A DNA stretch of 62,353 nucleotides, filler included, from Asterionella formosa (taxonomy: Eukaryota), in assembly GCA_002256025.1 (NCBI GenBank). It is 7 parts of 7 records of this genome, joined end to end, with 100 filler letters (N's around TTAATTAATTAA, not from the genome) between each part and the next. Parts side by side here need not be neighbours in the genome. Positions count along the whole stretch, not along the records: positions 8,937 to 17,767 come from NKIB01011569.1; positions 17,868 to 26,693 come from NKIB01011571.1; 5 more parts are not named here. One strand, given 5' to 3'. Positions 11,387-22,949 of this stretch are shown here, one piece after another. The notes beneath the pieces are model-generated. The model was not told where the DNA came from, ran no database searches, and saw only the letters and a program-made list of their open reading frames with translations. Each line of letters begins with the position of its first letter. Positions within the stretch are counted from its first letter, which is position 1. The position numbers and the translations under genes were made by a program.

Positions 11387-13495
11387 TCATTTCAATGTTT
11401 CACCTTGAGACAAGAGATTGAAGACCTGATTACGCTTTCTTTTACACAATGCAATTTCTAAACGAGCTTGGACAATGTCAGAACTTGAAGAGTCAAAATC
11501 TTTATTTTCGAGTTCTTCCAGTTCCTCCCGCGCAACTCTTTGTCGGACCTTATACTTATCCAAGACATCCAGTAGATAATTCTCTATGCGTGGTGCAGTT
11601 GTAGACTCTAGCAGTCTGAGTTTTGCAACATTTGACTTCTCAAATGATTCCAATGCACTTGCAAGTTTTTGAGAAGATGATGTAGGTTTTTGCGTCAAGA
11701 TTGCATGGCTCCCTTCTTTCTAACACTGAAATTGCTTGAAGATTTTGATTTGATGACAATGTGGTGGCAGTTGTATCGTCAATGTGTATAGACTTTGATT
11801 TTGATTACGATGTGGTGGCAGCCGTATTGTCAATGTATATAGACTTTGATTTTGATGACGATGTGGTGGCAGTATCGTCAATATCTATACTCTCATGGAA
11901 GGCATAATTTGGTAACAGTGGTACAGCAAAATTCAATAGATGTGGAACTTGTTGGCACAACCAATGATGGTAGTAATATAGGAAATGACGTGGTGACCCA
12001 ACAAAGTTGACAAAATCATCATGACTGCCTGATTGTTTGTTTTTTCGATAGGCAACTTGATAATGATGATAAATGTATCCCATTACCAATGAAAAGGCTT
12101 TGGAAGTGAGGACATCATATTTTTTGCGTAGCTAGTAGTCAGCATCAATTCCAACTTGGTTCCAGTATTCATCTTCGGCAAAGGCTAGAATGGTGCAGTC
12201 GTCATCCTCATCATCAATATATGTGACAACAAGTCGATCGAAAATGAACTTGTGTCGAAATCTTCTTGCATCAAGTTCAGCCAGAGTTGGTGGCTGACCT
12301 AGATGGCTGAACTTGATGCAAGACATCACTGCGATGCTTGTTGCAGCCACATGTAGACATTAATGACGCGGAAGTATGTGTTGCTGCAGGTCACAGCATC
12401 TGGAGGGGTTGACTTTGTCTGTGCCTTATTCTTTTTCGGGTTTTTTACAAGAGGGTTCACTTCCTCTTGTTCAAACTGAGGATCAACCAAAGACTCATGT
12501 GGCTGCGCTGTTGTTGCCTCTTGAACTTTGTCATTCCATTCATCATTATCATCTTCGCAATCTTCATCGACTTTGAATTCCTCATCATTAATTGAACCAT
12601 GTTTGTGATTATCATTTTCACTATACAATTGAATGTCTGATTCCTCATTGACATTGAAAGATCTAGGGTATATCCTCTGTGACAAGCTGTCTCTCTTCAA
12701 AAGTCGAACAATCAAAGCAACAGTGAAAGCCTTCTTCGCATTTTTGTATCCAGAAACTTGTATTTGACGCAAATTTTTCGGAGAACCTTGACCAAGATCT
12801 GCTTCATTGCAGCACCTTTGCCTGCGTCCTTTCACTATCAAGCACAAAGTCATCAGGAAGTATGAGGGAGTCAACAAATTGATTGACTTCAGTATCTGTA
12901 GCTAGCAAGAGACTGCATTGTATTGTTGAAGGTAGTAGGTGGTGGGTCGATTTTGATGTACAGTGGTCTCCACATCAACAGTTGTTGTCTGCGTTTGTGT
13001 GAATGGTTCCATACTATGCGGTTCCATTTGCCTTGCTTGTAATATCTTCAGGGAGATTCCAATGACTGATCTGTTGTAACAAATACACAAAAACACAAAA
13101 AACTTGGGAGTTATAAGATGGCCAATATAGTAACTAAGTGGCAAGTATAAGTATCTGTCTGGTGCCGTATCATTGTATCAATGGTGTTGCTTGGATGTAC
13201 ACAGCCAGCATAAAATTGAAGGAATAGTATATGCAATTAATATTAGTGGTGCCTTGCCTTGCAGGCTTATTTTCGGTTATTTTATTAGTGACAATGGAAA
13301 TGATACGCACATGAAAACATCATCATCACTGATACCATTTTTGGAGGGGGCAAAAAACGGTATCAATTTTGTATCAATGATACAAAATTGATATCATCAA
13401 GTTACCATTGCTGATACCGTGTTTTGATACCAACCTTCACTTATTGCCCGCAACCCGGAAATGATACAGCAAATTCGGAATGATAAGAACGACCC
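11387..13495 (-). mobile_element. Putative PIF/Harbinger-like DNA transposon relic carrying a broken accessory ORF of unknown function
   Basis: Disrupted ORF pieces 12877-11387 are homologous to those at 55125-53584. Upstream end reads GGGTCGTTCTTATCATTCCG on the minus strand, flanked by TTA (13496-13498). No transposase seen. Confidence 0.55.
11744..11890. repeat. ~51-bp tandem repeat x3 within the broken ORF
   Basis: Unit tttgattttgatgacgatgtggtggcag..gtatcgtcaatgtatatagac; encodes SI.IDDT.ATTSSSKSK-like units on the minus strand. Confidence 0.85.
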
Positions 13496-13528
13496 TTAAT
13501 TGTGCATACCGGTACACCTCTTATTTAC

Positions 13529-13712
13529 CAGCAAGGTGAGGTAATTTTGCTGAAACTAAAGATTTAGCTTTTTTCATCCCAGATTAAAATGTTAGTTAAA
13601 GCAAAATGACCGCAACTTGCAGGAGTACCTGCAAGTTGCGGTAATGGTGCTGACACTAAAACTTTAGCTATCTTTATCCCATATGAAAGAGCAAAATGAC
13701 CGCAACTTGCTA
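13529..13712. mobile_element. Two tandem ~85-95 bp mini-MITEs with ~23-bp TIRs
   Basis: Units 13529-13622 and 13629-13712 are each bounded by C(A/T)GCAAG(T/G)TG(C/A)GGTAAT..TGCT and AGCAAAATGACCGCAACTTGC, with similar interiors. The same TIR occurs at 47181, 49471-49493 and 60462. Confidence 0.75.
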
Positions 13713-14244
13713 ATACGGTGGTACCTGGTACCAGGTAAAGGTATGTAGCAGCAGATGGACAGCAAACAAAGAAGAAGTCGTCGCGATGATTCGCTCGAAA
13801 ATCTTGGGAACAACTCGATTACCGNNNNNNNNNNNNNNNNNNNNNNNNNNNNNNNNNNNNNNNNNNNNNNNNNNNNNNNNNNNNNNNNNNNNNNNNNNNN
13901 NNNNNNNNNNNNNNNNNNNNNNNNNNNNNNNNNNNNNNNNNNNNNNNNNNNNNNNNNNNNNCCTACCTGTACTGGTAGAGTGTTTGATTTTCCCGCCAAA
14001 AACCATCGTCCCGAGCGATCCTAGGAGTTCAACTTGATATCATCATCCGGACTGGATATATTTTGTATTTACACAAGAAACGCAAACGTGGTTCATGAAA
14101 TGAAAAGTTGGGAAATCCAATTTTCCTGTGAGTAGGACCACTGTAGACCCTCGTATTATTGCAAGAAAGTACTTCAACGATGGTTTCTGGAATGCGAAAA
14201 CACATGAAACGCTCACAATATTAAGCTACTGTCAATCAATAAAC

Positions 14245-15015
14245 ATGAAGATCGCCGCCTCAATCCTCGCCCTTGCGGCTTCTGCTTCCGCCTTCGCCCC
14301 TTCCGCCAAAGCCCCTCGTGCCACTGTTGCCGTCAGTGAGACCAAGGCTGACCTCGAGGCCATGGCCAAGAAGCTCAACCCAATTGTTGGCTTTTACGAT
14401 CCTCTGAACCTTGCGGAGGCGAACTTCTGGGGTGCCTCCAACGAGGCCACCATTGGCTTCCTTCGTCACTCGGAGATTAAGCATGGACGTATTGCCATGT
14501 TTGCTTTCGTCGGATACATTGTCCACGCCAATGGAATCAAGTGGCCATGGGCCATGCAATTGGACGGAACTCCTTTCCCTTCTGAGACCAACCCGCCTGC
14601 TCTTTGGGATGCTGTCTCGGATTCCGCAAAGTGGCAAATCTTCTCCCTCATTGCCTTCCTTGAGTTCTGGAGTGAGCTCTCCACGCCTACCCACAAGCAT
14701 TACATGGCTGGTGGAAAGCCTGGAGACTTCCCAGACTTTGTCAGTGGACCTGATGGCATTCCTCACCCTGTCCCTTTCAACCTCTACGACCCATTTAAGT
14801 TCTCCAAGAACATGTCCGAAGAGAAGAAGGAATCACGTCTTCGTGCCGAACTCAACAACGGACGCCTTGCTCAAATTGGAATCTTGGGTTTCCTGAGCGC
14901 CCAAACCGCACCTGGATCCGTCCCGCTTCTCGCCGGAATTCTTCCTGGATACGACGGTGAAATCATGGCTCCTTTCACCACCAACTTGATCGGCGCTCCT
15001 TTCGGCCTGAACTAA
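14245..15015 (+). CDS. Fucoxanthin-chlorophyll a/c-binding light-harvesting protein (probably Lhcq-type), 256 aa, intronless
   Basis: Signal peptide plus ASAFAP cleavage motif (MKIAASILALAASASAF-AP); LHC motifs FYDPL, RHSEIKHGRIAM, RAELNNGRLAQ; strongly biased codon usage. Confidence 0.96.
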   Translation: MKIAASILALAASASAFAPSAKAPRATVAVSETKADLEAMAKKLNPIVGFYDPLNLAEANFWGASNEATIGFLRHSEIKHGRIAMFAFVGYIVHANGIKWPWAMQLDGTPFPSETNPPALWDAVSDSAKWQIFSLIAFLEFWSELSTPTHKHYMAGGKPGDFPDFVSGPDGIPHPVPFNLYDPFKFSKNMSEEKKESRLRAELNNGRLAQIGILGFLSAQTAPGSVPLLAGILPGYDGEIMAPFTTNLIGAPFGLN

Positions 15016-15576
15016 AATCCCAAAAAATACACTAGACGTAGGAGGAGTCGTGGGGAAGTCTAATGTTTTCCAGCATGCGCTGAGTTCTGTTCCATCATTC
15101 GGGTCTCACTGTGCCCGTGGACCAGGAGGATTCCCAGAATAGAAATACATGTATATTAGATTCTGGCATGTTATCCAAATCGTTTTTTTTTAAATTTTGT
15201 AGCACTATTCTAGACACACTTTTTGATGTGGAATACATGAGTCGGTGTCTAGACTTTGTTTGCGGAGCTGAAAGGCAAGATAACGCATGAAAGGAATAAT
15301 TCACAAAATATGCATTAGTTGACACCATTTTCCCGTGCTTCATTGTTTACCAAGGCGATCAAAAATCTCGCTGTTGCCTCTATTTCATATCATAAGGTAT
15401 AATGCATCCGATAACACTAGCTCAGTTTGAATCTACATATAAAGTGAGCATGGTTTCCGGAGTTATTTGGAGTTTTTGGTTTGAAACGCTCCTCGCAGTG
15501 TTGCTAGAAAATTACTACTTAATTGGTCTTTTAGGCAACGACAATGATTTACAAACTAGTTGTAAATGTACCGCAG

Positions 15577-17318
15577 CTATTCAGACTCCTCGCCGTCCAC
15601 ATCTGACTCTGTGGATCCAATTTTTGAAGGGGCCTCCTCTGGGGCGTTATCATCATCATCGTCGTCCTGGTCACGACGCCGAAGATCAACAATACCAAAT
15701 CGGTTCTTCGCCTTTGCAACCCTGTCCCAACGACCCAATCTAGGTTCTTGGCCGACGGCAACAACCGCAAACCTTGCCTTTGGCCCGATAGCAATTCCAT
15801 TGATATAGCCGTTCAATGGTATGTGTGTCAATGCTTCCATTCCACGCGATTTAAGTGTATCTCCGGTCGTTAGCTGAAGGAAAATGGATGTTAGGGATTA
15901 TGAAGGATCGAAGAACAAGGAAATATCCCAGGCTAACATAGAAAAGCTTACATTCCAGAGTCTTAAATATCCATCGTTTGACCCACTGGCAACCATGTCG
16001 CTGCCCTTGAGCGAGGCAACACTCACAATCCCTCTTCCTTTCATATTTTCATCTACATGAGCGTTGTCAATAGTCTTGACAGCTTTCTTTTTGTCAGTCA
16101 GCCACAAACACAAGTGCCCGTCGTCGTGGCCAGAAACAAACCAGTCATCCTTGACACAAGTGATGCAATCAGCGGAAGAAACCTTGCTGCCACCTCGAAA
16201 GATCAAATGAGTATCTTCGGCAAGCTTCCAACCTCTAGCTGTCCTGTCTCGTCCTACCGAAATGGGGCGTTCTCCTTTGTGACAGTCAATAGCACTCACT
16301 CCAGCTTGGTGACCATAGAGTGTTTCAACGTATGTCATTTCATCAAGGTTGTAGTGGCTGCCAAGTGAATATCAGTGTTAGGCCATATACATGCGTATAT
16401 CGAAAGGTATCGAAATATACAGTTTTGAAATATTACTTACCGTATGCACCGATCGTCGCTCCCAGAAAAAAGTTGATTAGATTGAGTTCGAAATGCCAGG
16501 CACGTCACTGGACCCTTATGACCGTGGAAGGATGTGATGAGGTTATTTTTACTGGTACCTGTAGTGCTTGACACTCGAATGTCAAAAATATTAACCGTTG
16601 CGTCGCGGCGGCCCACGGCCGCATATCTTCCGTCATCTGAGGTAGCAACACAAAGAGCTTCTCCGTCCCCTCGTTGTTCGCCTTTTTTCCATGGATTGAC
16701 AATATAGTCAATCTTCTTCTGGAGTTCCACATCCCATAGAATGACCGAATGATCTTTGGATCCAGAAATAGCTCTTTCTCCAGTTGTTTGCAAAGCTACT
16801 GAGGTTGGAGTTAGTTCATGTCCTCGGAAGAGCTGGACTCGTCCAGAATCTACCCAATTCTTCGCGTTTTGCTCTGTCGTGAAGGTACTGTCACCCGCTG
16901 CCTTTTCTAGGATATCTTGTTGCATCCAAGCCACATCTCGTGCGACGTATTGTGCCACATTTCGTTCTAGTGCTCCTTCTCGCTTCAGTCTATCTCGTTG
17001 CAGCCTCATGCTGACTCTATCTCGCACGCTCATGACGTGTTGCTCGTCGTCGTCGTCTTCCGACGAGGACTCCTCACCAGGAGCAGCTTCCAATCGTTGA
17101 AGATAGTCTCGTGCAAGCCTCACTCGTTTTGCATCCACTGTCTCTTCAGCTTCCTCATCTGAGGATGAATGATCTTGCTGATAGTCATCATCTTCAGACT
17201 CGACACTTTCATCATTTTGTTTTGCCAAGTCAATGGAATTTGTTTTGAGTCGTTTGGTGGTTATGCTGGACGCTCCCTTCGGGGTTGCTTTCGAAGCCTT
17301 TCTTCGGAGTCCCGCCAT
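15577..17318 (-). CDS. RRP9: U3 snoRNP-associated WD40 protein Rrp9/U3-55K; exons 17318-16441, 16357-15952, 15873-15577
   Basis: Acidic N-terminus with KRVRLARDYL, WD40 repeats, YVETLYGHQ, LIFRGG, C-terminal VGQEPRLGRW. GT-AG introns of 83 and 78 nt keep the frame. Confidence 0.93.
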
Positions 17319-17767
17319 TTCTAGGTTGCAACGTAAGAATACGTGTTATGCCAAGTGTCGGGAAGATCTTGATCGGTGGTCAAATTGAAAAACAATATTC
17401 AATTTAATGTTCGGGTCAATCAGACCATTACACATTTTGTTATTATATAGTTATGTGACATGGTACCAGTACCTGGTCCTGGCTGTTGATAGCTACTCGG
17501 AGTAATAAACAATACGAATTAGTAATAATAAAATAATATATTAATAAATTTAAAAATATCTCATATGAAATATAGACTTCCAGGTACCAGGTATAGTCTG
17601 AGGGTACACTTGCACAATGAAAAGCTTTTATTCAGAAAACATAAACAAGCACGAGACGATCGTTTTTCTTGTTCGATTAGAAATTGAATCGGTGGTTATC
17701 ACAGAGGCGATAGAAAAGGCCCAATCAGCGAAGGAGAAATGGTTACCGGTAGTCCTGGTCGTACCGG

Positions 17768-17867
17768 NNNNNNNNNNNNNNNNNNNNNNNNNNNNNNNNN
17801 NNNNNNNNNNNTTAATTAATTAANNNNNNNNNNNNNNNNNNNNNNNNNNNNNNNNNNNNNNNNNNNN
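17768..17867. other. Artificial scaffold-concatenation spacer
   Basis: N44-TTAATTAATTAA-N44. Confidence 0.97.
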
Positions 17868-17945
17868 GTGACGCCAGGGTGCACTTTTCTACTATATACG
17901 CAAAGTAGAATCAGTACTTAAAGTTTTCTTGCAGACTTTAGTAGG

Positions 17946-19031
17946 CTACTGTTTTCCCTTGACCCAAATCGAGTTGTGCTGCTCCTCTACAAGACCCTCT
18001 AAATACATCCTCTCAGCCCTTTCAGTCCACACTAGATATGCAGGATCCGTGGAATCGTCTTGTGTCATAGTGGGCCACTCCCCAATCGGTGTCGGGCTTA
18101 CCATGGACCCGTACATACTTAAGTTGTACTTGTGTTTGCGAGCCAGTTTGTCAGCTTCCTTTTCTTTTCTCAAGATCTTCCACCCTTGAATTTGAAGTTG
18201 CAGACCTTGAACGAGCAGGAGCTCCCGGCAATTGCTCCCATAAATGGGTCTTTCTCCACAGTCACCCCATAGTTTAGATTCCAACTCCATTAATTCACCA
18301 ATTTTGAGAAGAGCAAAACCATCATCTAACGCTTCAGCTTTACATATAAGCTGTTTTAGAATGGTAGGACGAATGGAATGAGGAATGACACTCGCCTCGT
18401 TCAAATAGGATTGAATCAAGGTTGCGAGAGGGGACTGTTCCACCTTTCGCTTCGTCATATCCGTCTCACCGCCTGGAGCTTCCTGCGTAAATTTTTCCAA
18501 GTCAGCTTGGAAATTATTGAGCGTTCTCGACACCGAGAGCTGAATAATCTCACCACAAACAGCATCACAAAGGGCGTTTTGATGTCGGAGGACGTGCTGG
18601 TAGTTGACAGTTGTCAGGTGTTTGTTGATATTATCGAAAATGGATTGACCGTATTCATGTTTAGAAAGTAGTTTACGGGGAAGAGCAGAACCACTCAACT
18701 GATCAATGATAGCCTTATTGTCCCCTCGAATAGTGAGGGTTTTCGACGACGCATGCTTTGTCCACCAGTCGTCTTCTTGCTTGCCAAGCCACTCGAGCCC
18801 GACCAAGAGACCGTCATATTCAGCATCAGCTGATGTCATACCAGGCATGAATGGAATGAGCTTGCCTCCCAGAGCCAGGACCTGCTCGTCGCCATCTGCT
18901 AAGATAGCAGAACTACAGGACGGCAGTTTTCTCATCGAATCTGTGGGAAATCCGAAGTCCTTTGGTGGTCGGAAGCTCCCATCGAATTGCAGAACTAACG
19001 AAAAAGTCCATAAAAGGGGTATGCATATCAT
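17946..19031 (-). CDS. Stand-alone ribonuclease HI-like protein (archaeal/plant-like subtype) with a helical C-terminal extension, ~361 aa
   Basis: LQFDGS, ADAEYDGLLVGL, IRGDNKAIIDQ and HVLRHQNALCD give all four DEDD residues. First ATG in the frame is at 19031; no RT or LTR context. Confidence 0.8.
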   Translation of the reverse strand: MICIPLLWTFSLVLQFDGSFRPPKDFGFPTDSMRKLPSCSSAILADGDEQVLALGGKLIPFMPGMTSADAEYDGLLVGLEWLGKQEDDWWTKHASSKTLTIRGDNKAIIDQLSGSALPRKLLSKHEYGQSIFDNINKHLTTVNYQHVLRHQNALCDAVCGEIIQLSVSRTLNNFQADLEKFTQEAPGGETDMTKRKVEQSPLATLIQSYLNEASVIPHSIRPTILKQLICKAEALDDGFALLKIGELMELESKLWGDCGERPIYGSNCRELLLVQGLQLQIQGWKILRKEKEADKLARKHKYNLSMYGSMVSPTPIGEWPTMTQDDSTDPAYLVWTERAERMYLEGLVEEQHNSIWVKGKQ

Positions 19032-20259
19032 CGTGGCGGCTGAGATGGATGTTGTTGTGTGTGCTTGAAATCGACAGGATAACGATTGATGGTATCCAGC
19101 AAATCGTCGAAGACAAGACAAATATGCTTTGTTACCAGCATCATGTTTTTTTTTCTCCAACAAATGAGGGTGATTGAAAATGAGCGACAAGCAATTATGG
19201 TTGGTGCAGAGACAACCACAGATGACGTGCGTCAAGTTCGTCGCGAGCAAGAATTCCTGCTCCAGCTATAATTTTATGTATACCGGTTTATTGTCTTCCT
19301 TTCCTTTGAGTCCTATCTGATGATGTGTATTTTAAGAAAGATGAAAATCTTATGATATGGNNNNNNNNNNNNNNNNNNNNNNNNNNNNNNNNNNNNNNNN
19401 NNNNNNNNNNNNNNNNNNNNNNNNNNNNNNNNNNNNNNNNNNNNNNNNNNNNNNNNNNNNNNNNNNNNNNNNNNNNNNNNNNNNNNNNNNNNNNNNNNNN
19501 NNNNNNNNNNNNNNNNNNNNNNNNNNNNNNNNNNNNNNNNNNNNNNNNNNNNNNNNNNNNNNNNNNNNNNNNNNNNNNNNNNNNNNNNNNNNNNNNNNNN
19601 NNNNNNNNNNNNNNNNNNNNNNNNNNNNNNNNNNNNNNNNNNNNNNNNNNNNNNNNNNNNNNNNNNNNNNNNNNNNNNNNNNNNNNNNNNNNNNNNNNNN
19701 NNNNNNNNNNNNNNNNNNNNNNNNNNNNNNNNNNNNNNNNNNNNNNNNNNNNNNNNNNNNNNNNNNNNNNNNNNNNNNNNNNNNNNNNNNNNNNNNNNNN
19801 NNNNNNNNNNNNNNNNNNNNNNNNNNNNNNNNNNNNNNNNNNNNNNNNNNNNNNNNNNNNNNNNNNNNCTTGTCATTGCTATTTGCTTAGCTATCTTTAT
19901 GTTTTGCAATTTTTCGCACTTTTCATGCCCACCATTCCACAAGCTATGAAAGGCATTTAATGATCCTTATTTGCTCCGTTCTAAGCATATCGACACTCCA
20001 AATGTAGGGATTGATCTCATGTACATTGAATACTTAACTAGATAGAAATCGGCTACAGATTGGGGTACTAGAAGTAGTATTTTATGTTATTTCATGATTT
20101 GGTTTGGCGTTGACGGGCCCTGCTGTGGCAGTATCACTCATAACTAACGAGCCAGTTAGCAAGCCATGTTGGGATTACTTGTTGCATCAATTTTTGTTTC
20201 TTTTTTTAGGTAAAATAATAATTAGGAGGAGGATGCTGCTAACCATTTTGCCAAGGGTT

Positions 20260-21280
20260 TTCAAGACCATAAAAGCGATCCTGTCTACACATCTATCAAT
20301 TCATGTGTAACCGACAAAGGTAAATTAGTATCACAGATATCATGACTTGAATCAGGCGGCAATTTCAATAAAACAGAGAAAGAATTGAATCTCTACCATG
20401 ATGTAAAAGGACATCAAGATGAAGAAGTGGAATATGATCGGTTGTTCTGCTGGGAGGCAATGGTGAAAGTGAACTGCGATGCTCTGGCTGCACAGACAAG
20501 CAAGGATGTGCACCAAGTGTAATAAAAACTAAGCAAATAAGACCACCTTCCTCTGGATCATGGATCTATTTTACAATTTGGAAAATACAAAAATTATGGG
20601 AAAGCATTAAACGACGAATTTCAAATTAGAATTAGACCTATTTGCCATGATGAGGAAGCGACGGAAGTAGTAATACAAAAATTGATCGATGGCGGGCGTC
20701 GCTCGTTGTCCACAGTGTGCAAATTTAAATGAAGACCTCTACCAGCGAATACTTCGATGTTGCTTGTCACAACAAAAAGGGGCACGCAGCACCAGCAGCA
20801 GGAATGATACAAAACGATGGATACACTTAAACATGTGTATACTTAACCATAGTATGTAATACAAAATTTTGAGTCAGACATAAAAGAACGGTTTTCAGAA
20901 TTTCCACCAATGAAATGGGTTGGACCTATTCACAAGAAGGATGATGCAAGTGGTTAAGCAAAATTCGAGAATTTTGAAATAAACAGGACATTGAATGGAA
21001 TCAGGCGATATATGGGCGGCTCAATAAGCAATGGGCAATAGCAATTCTCTGTATTTCAGGGACTGGGAGGCTTCATGACAATCCCATGATCATAGACCAG
21101 AAACGGGGTTCTATCATGGTGCTAACAATGTGAAATTACAGTGTTGACTGCTAGAGGGAAAATTTTGTTTGGTTAAACAGATGAGGAACAAGCCGCTATC
21201 TTGACACCCAAGGTGGATAACTTGATAACATATATTTACAATAGTATGAAGGATATGTAAAATTTTTTCAAAGCATCCAT
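20260..21280 (+). mobile_element. Decayed LINE ORF2 C-terminal region (RNase H end, CCHC-like motif)
   Basis: Frame-broken motifs VKGHQD...VNCDALA (~20400-20490), RCPQC.N.NEDLYQRILRC (~20705-20760) and QDIEWNQAIYGRLNKQW (~20985-21035). Confidence 0.7.
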
Positions 21281-21442
21281 ATGAAAAAAAAGAACTAAAC
21301 TGATACTAGTATCACATCAATCCTACTAGTACTTGTAAGAAGCACCCTTTTCACCATGAAGGGCGATGTATAGTATTTACAGCCGCACAATCAAATCAGA
21401 CCACTCTTGCTACCAAATCACTATAATGTATGCAAAGATCTG

Positions 21443-21682
21443 AATCAACAGAAATAACGAGAAACTCAAGGAGCTTGACGAAAATGACTAGAATGCAACA
21501 ACATGCATCATTAAAATGAAGAGCGCACTTGTTTATGTCCTGAATTTGGAATCGGGTCGGCACTGGCGCCTTGAGCTGCACAACAGCTACAGCGTGTGAA
21601 ATGAGATACAAACAAATGAAATAATCAACAGAAATAACAAGAAACTCAAGGAGCTTGATTAAAATGGCTGAAATCAAATGCA
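21443..21682. repeat. Direct repeat, period 180 bp (~55 bp well conserved)
   Basis: aatcaacagaaataac(g/a)agaaactcaaggagcttga at 21443 and 21623. Confidence 0.8.
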
Positions 21683-21949
21683 CTATTCATTTCATTTTGA
21701 TCCAAACAGATCCTAAAGCTGCACAATAATACCAGAGTCTGCCATAAATATCATAAAAGTCAAGGCAACCTATGGGAAGCCTCATTAAAAGATCAAACCA
21801 AGTAATCTGGCATCTCCTCAGTCCTCAAGATGCGGCGACAAATTAACTCGCCAGTGCAAGAATATGGCAAACAGAGCACACATAGCTACTAATTCCTCTT
21901 AATCTCTTTCAAGAGATTGTATCCACCCTTTCCCTGCCTTGCAGAGCTA

Positions 21950-22100
21950 AAGTCACCACGTTTGTTGGGTTGATCAACTGGGAAGGTATAGAATTTTATA
22001 TAACCCTGGCTGTCATTGCCAGGAAGCGCCATGCAGGCTACCGTACTTACACTTGAGTAGTCTTAAGGCGCTCAATAAATGAGGGTAACAACAACATTAC
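21950..22100 (+). mobile_element. Retroposon 3'-tail-like sequence homologous to the tail of the SINE candidate at 52794
   Basis: aagtcaccacgtttgttgggttgatc, tgccaggaagcgc and tgagtagtcttaaggcgct match 52983-53112 in order. Confidence 0.65.
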
Positions 22101-22949
22101 AATGAATTCTCAATCCAAGCGACTTCACATTTTTTTCACTAGCTACCTTGGCATGTAACTTATTTAAGAAACATCAAACAGATATACAAAAACTGCAATG
22201 AATGAAGACAGTTCCCATCTAATTCAAGCATGGCATTTCTGTACAGCCAGGTAGTCTACCTTGTACTCGATTGTTACTCCAAATAATACATGGTATAGGA
22301 CTCGGTAGATGCAAACATAGCTCATCATCATCTCATGCACATCGTCACTTGGTGATTCATTGCGAATTCTTCTTGCCACCACTACCATCACCAACAAAAA
22401 CATAATTGTATAGTATACCGGTAGAGTTGCCCTGACCAAACTGGCACCCTGATCAATTTCGGATTTTATCTTGGGGTGCACCCCGCTGTAAAACTCCCAT
22501 AGGATCTAGTACTATTTTTAGTTCATTCATTTGTGAATATTTTTCATGATTATAAATGATTTCGAATGCTGCTGGCGCGCGCTACCCGAATCCGCCGTAA
22601 ATAGGTACACAATAGCTAACTATACAACGATTTTTATGGAGATCGCGCGCCAACTCAGGTTTTGGGCGCATTGGTGAATGAATGTAAATCATCTTTTATG
22701 AATTTGCATCACTTACTCTTCTAGCTCTCTGAACATTCAATTCCAACACTCAAACCATATCTGGGAGGCCAAAGACAAGGTAAGAACAGGCAAGGCTGAA
22801 AGGGTCTGGTGACATAAGAGGGTGAATAAAAATGCCAGTAATACCTGATGTCCAGAGTTGTTGTAATGTGCTCATTTTCTTGCTTCTTGTTTACTTGTTC
22901 TGTTAGATTGATTCCTTATGGCGCAGTCGATCTCCAAACAATCTGTCGG

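Noticed and set aside
14260..14896. Antisense or alternate-frame ORFs over Lhc, RRP9, aldolase, RsuA and the surface protein
   Set aside because: Shadow ORFs caused by codon bias and repeats; no independent motifs.
19313..19960. Long ORFs spanning N runs (also 13664-14037)
   Set aside because: Artefacts of translating gaps.
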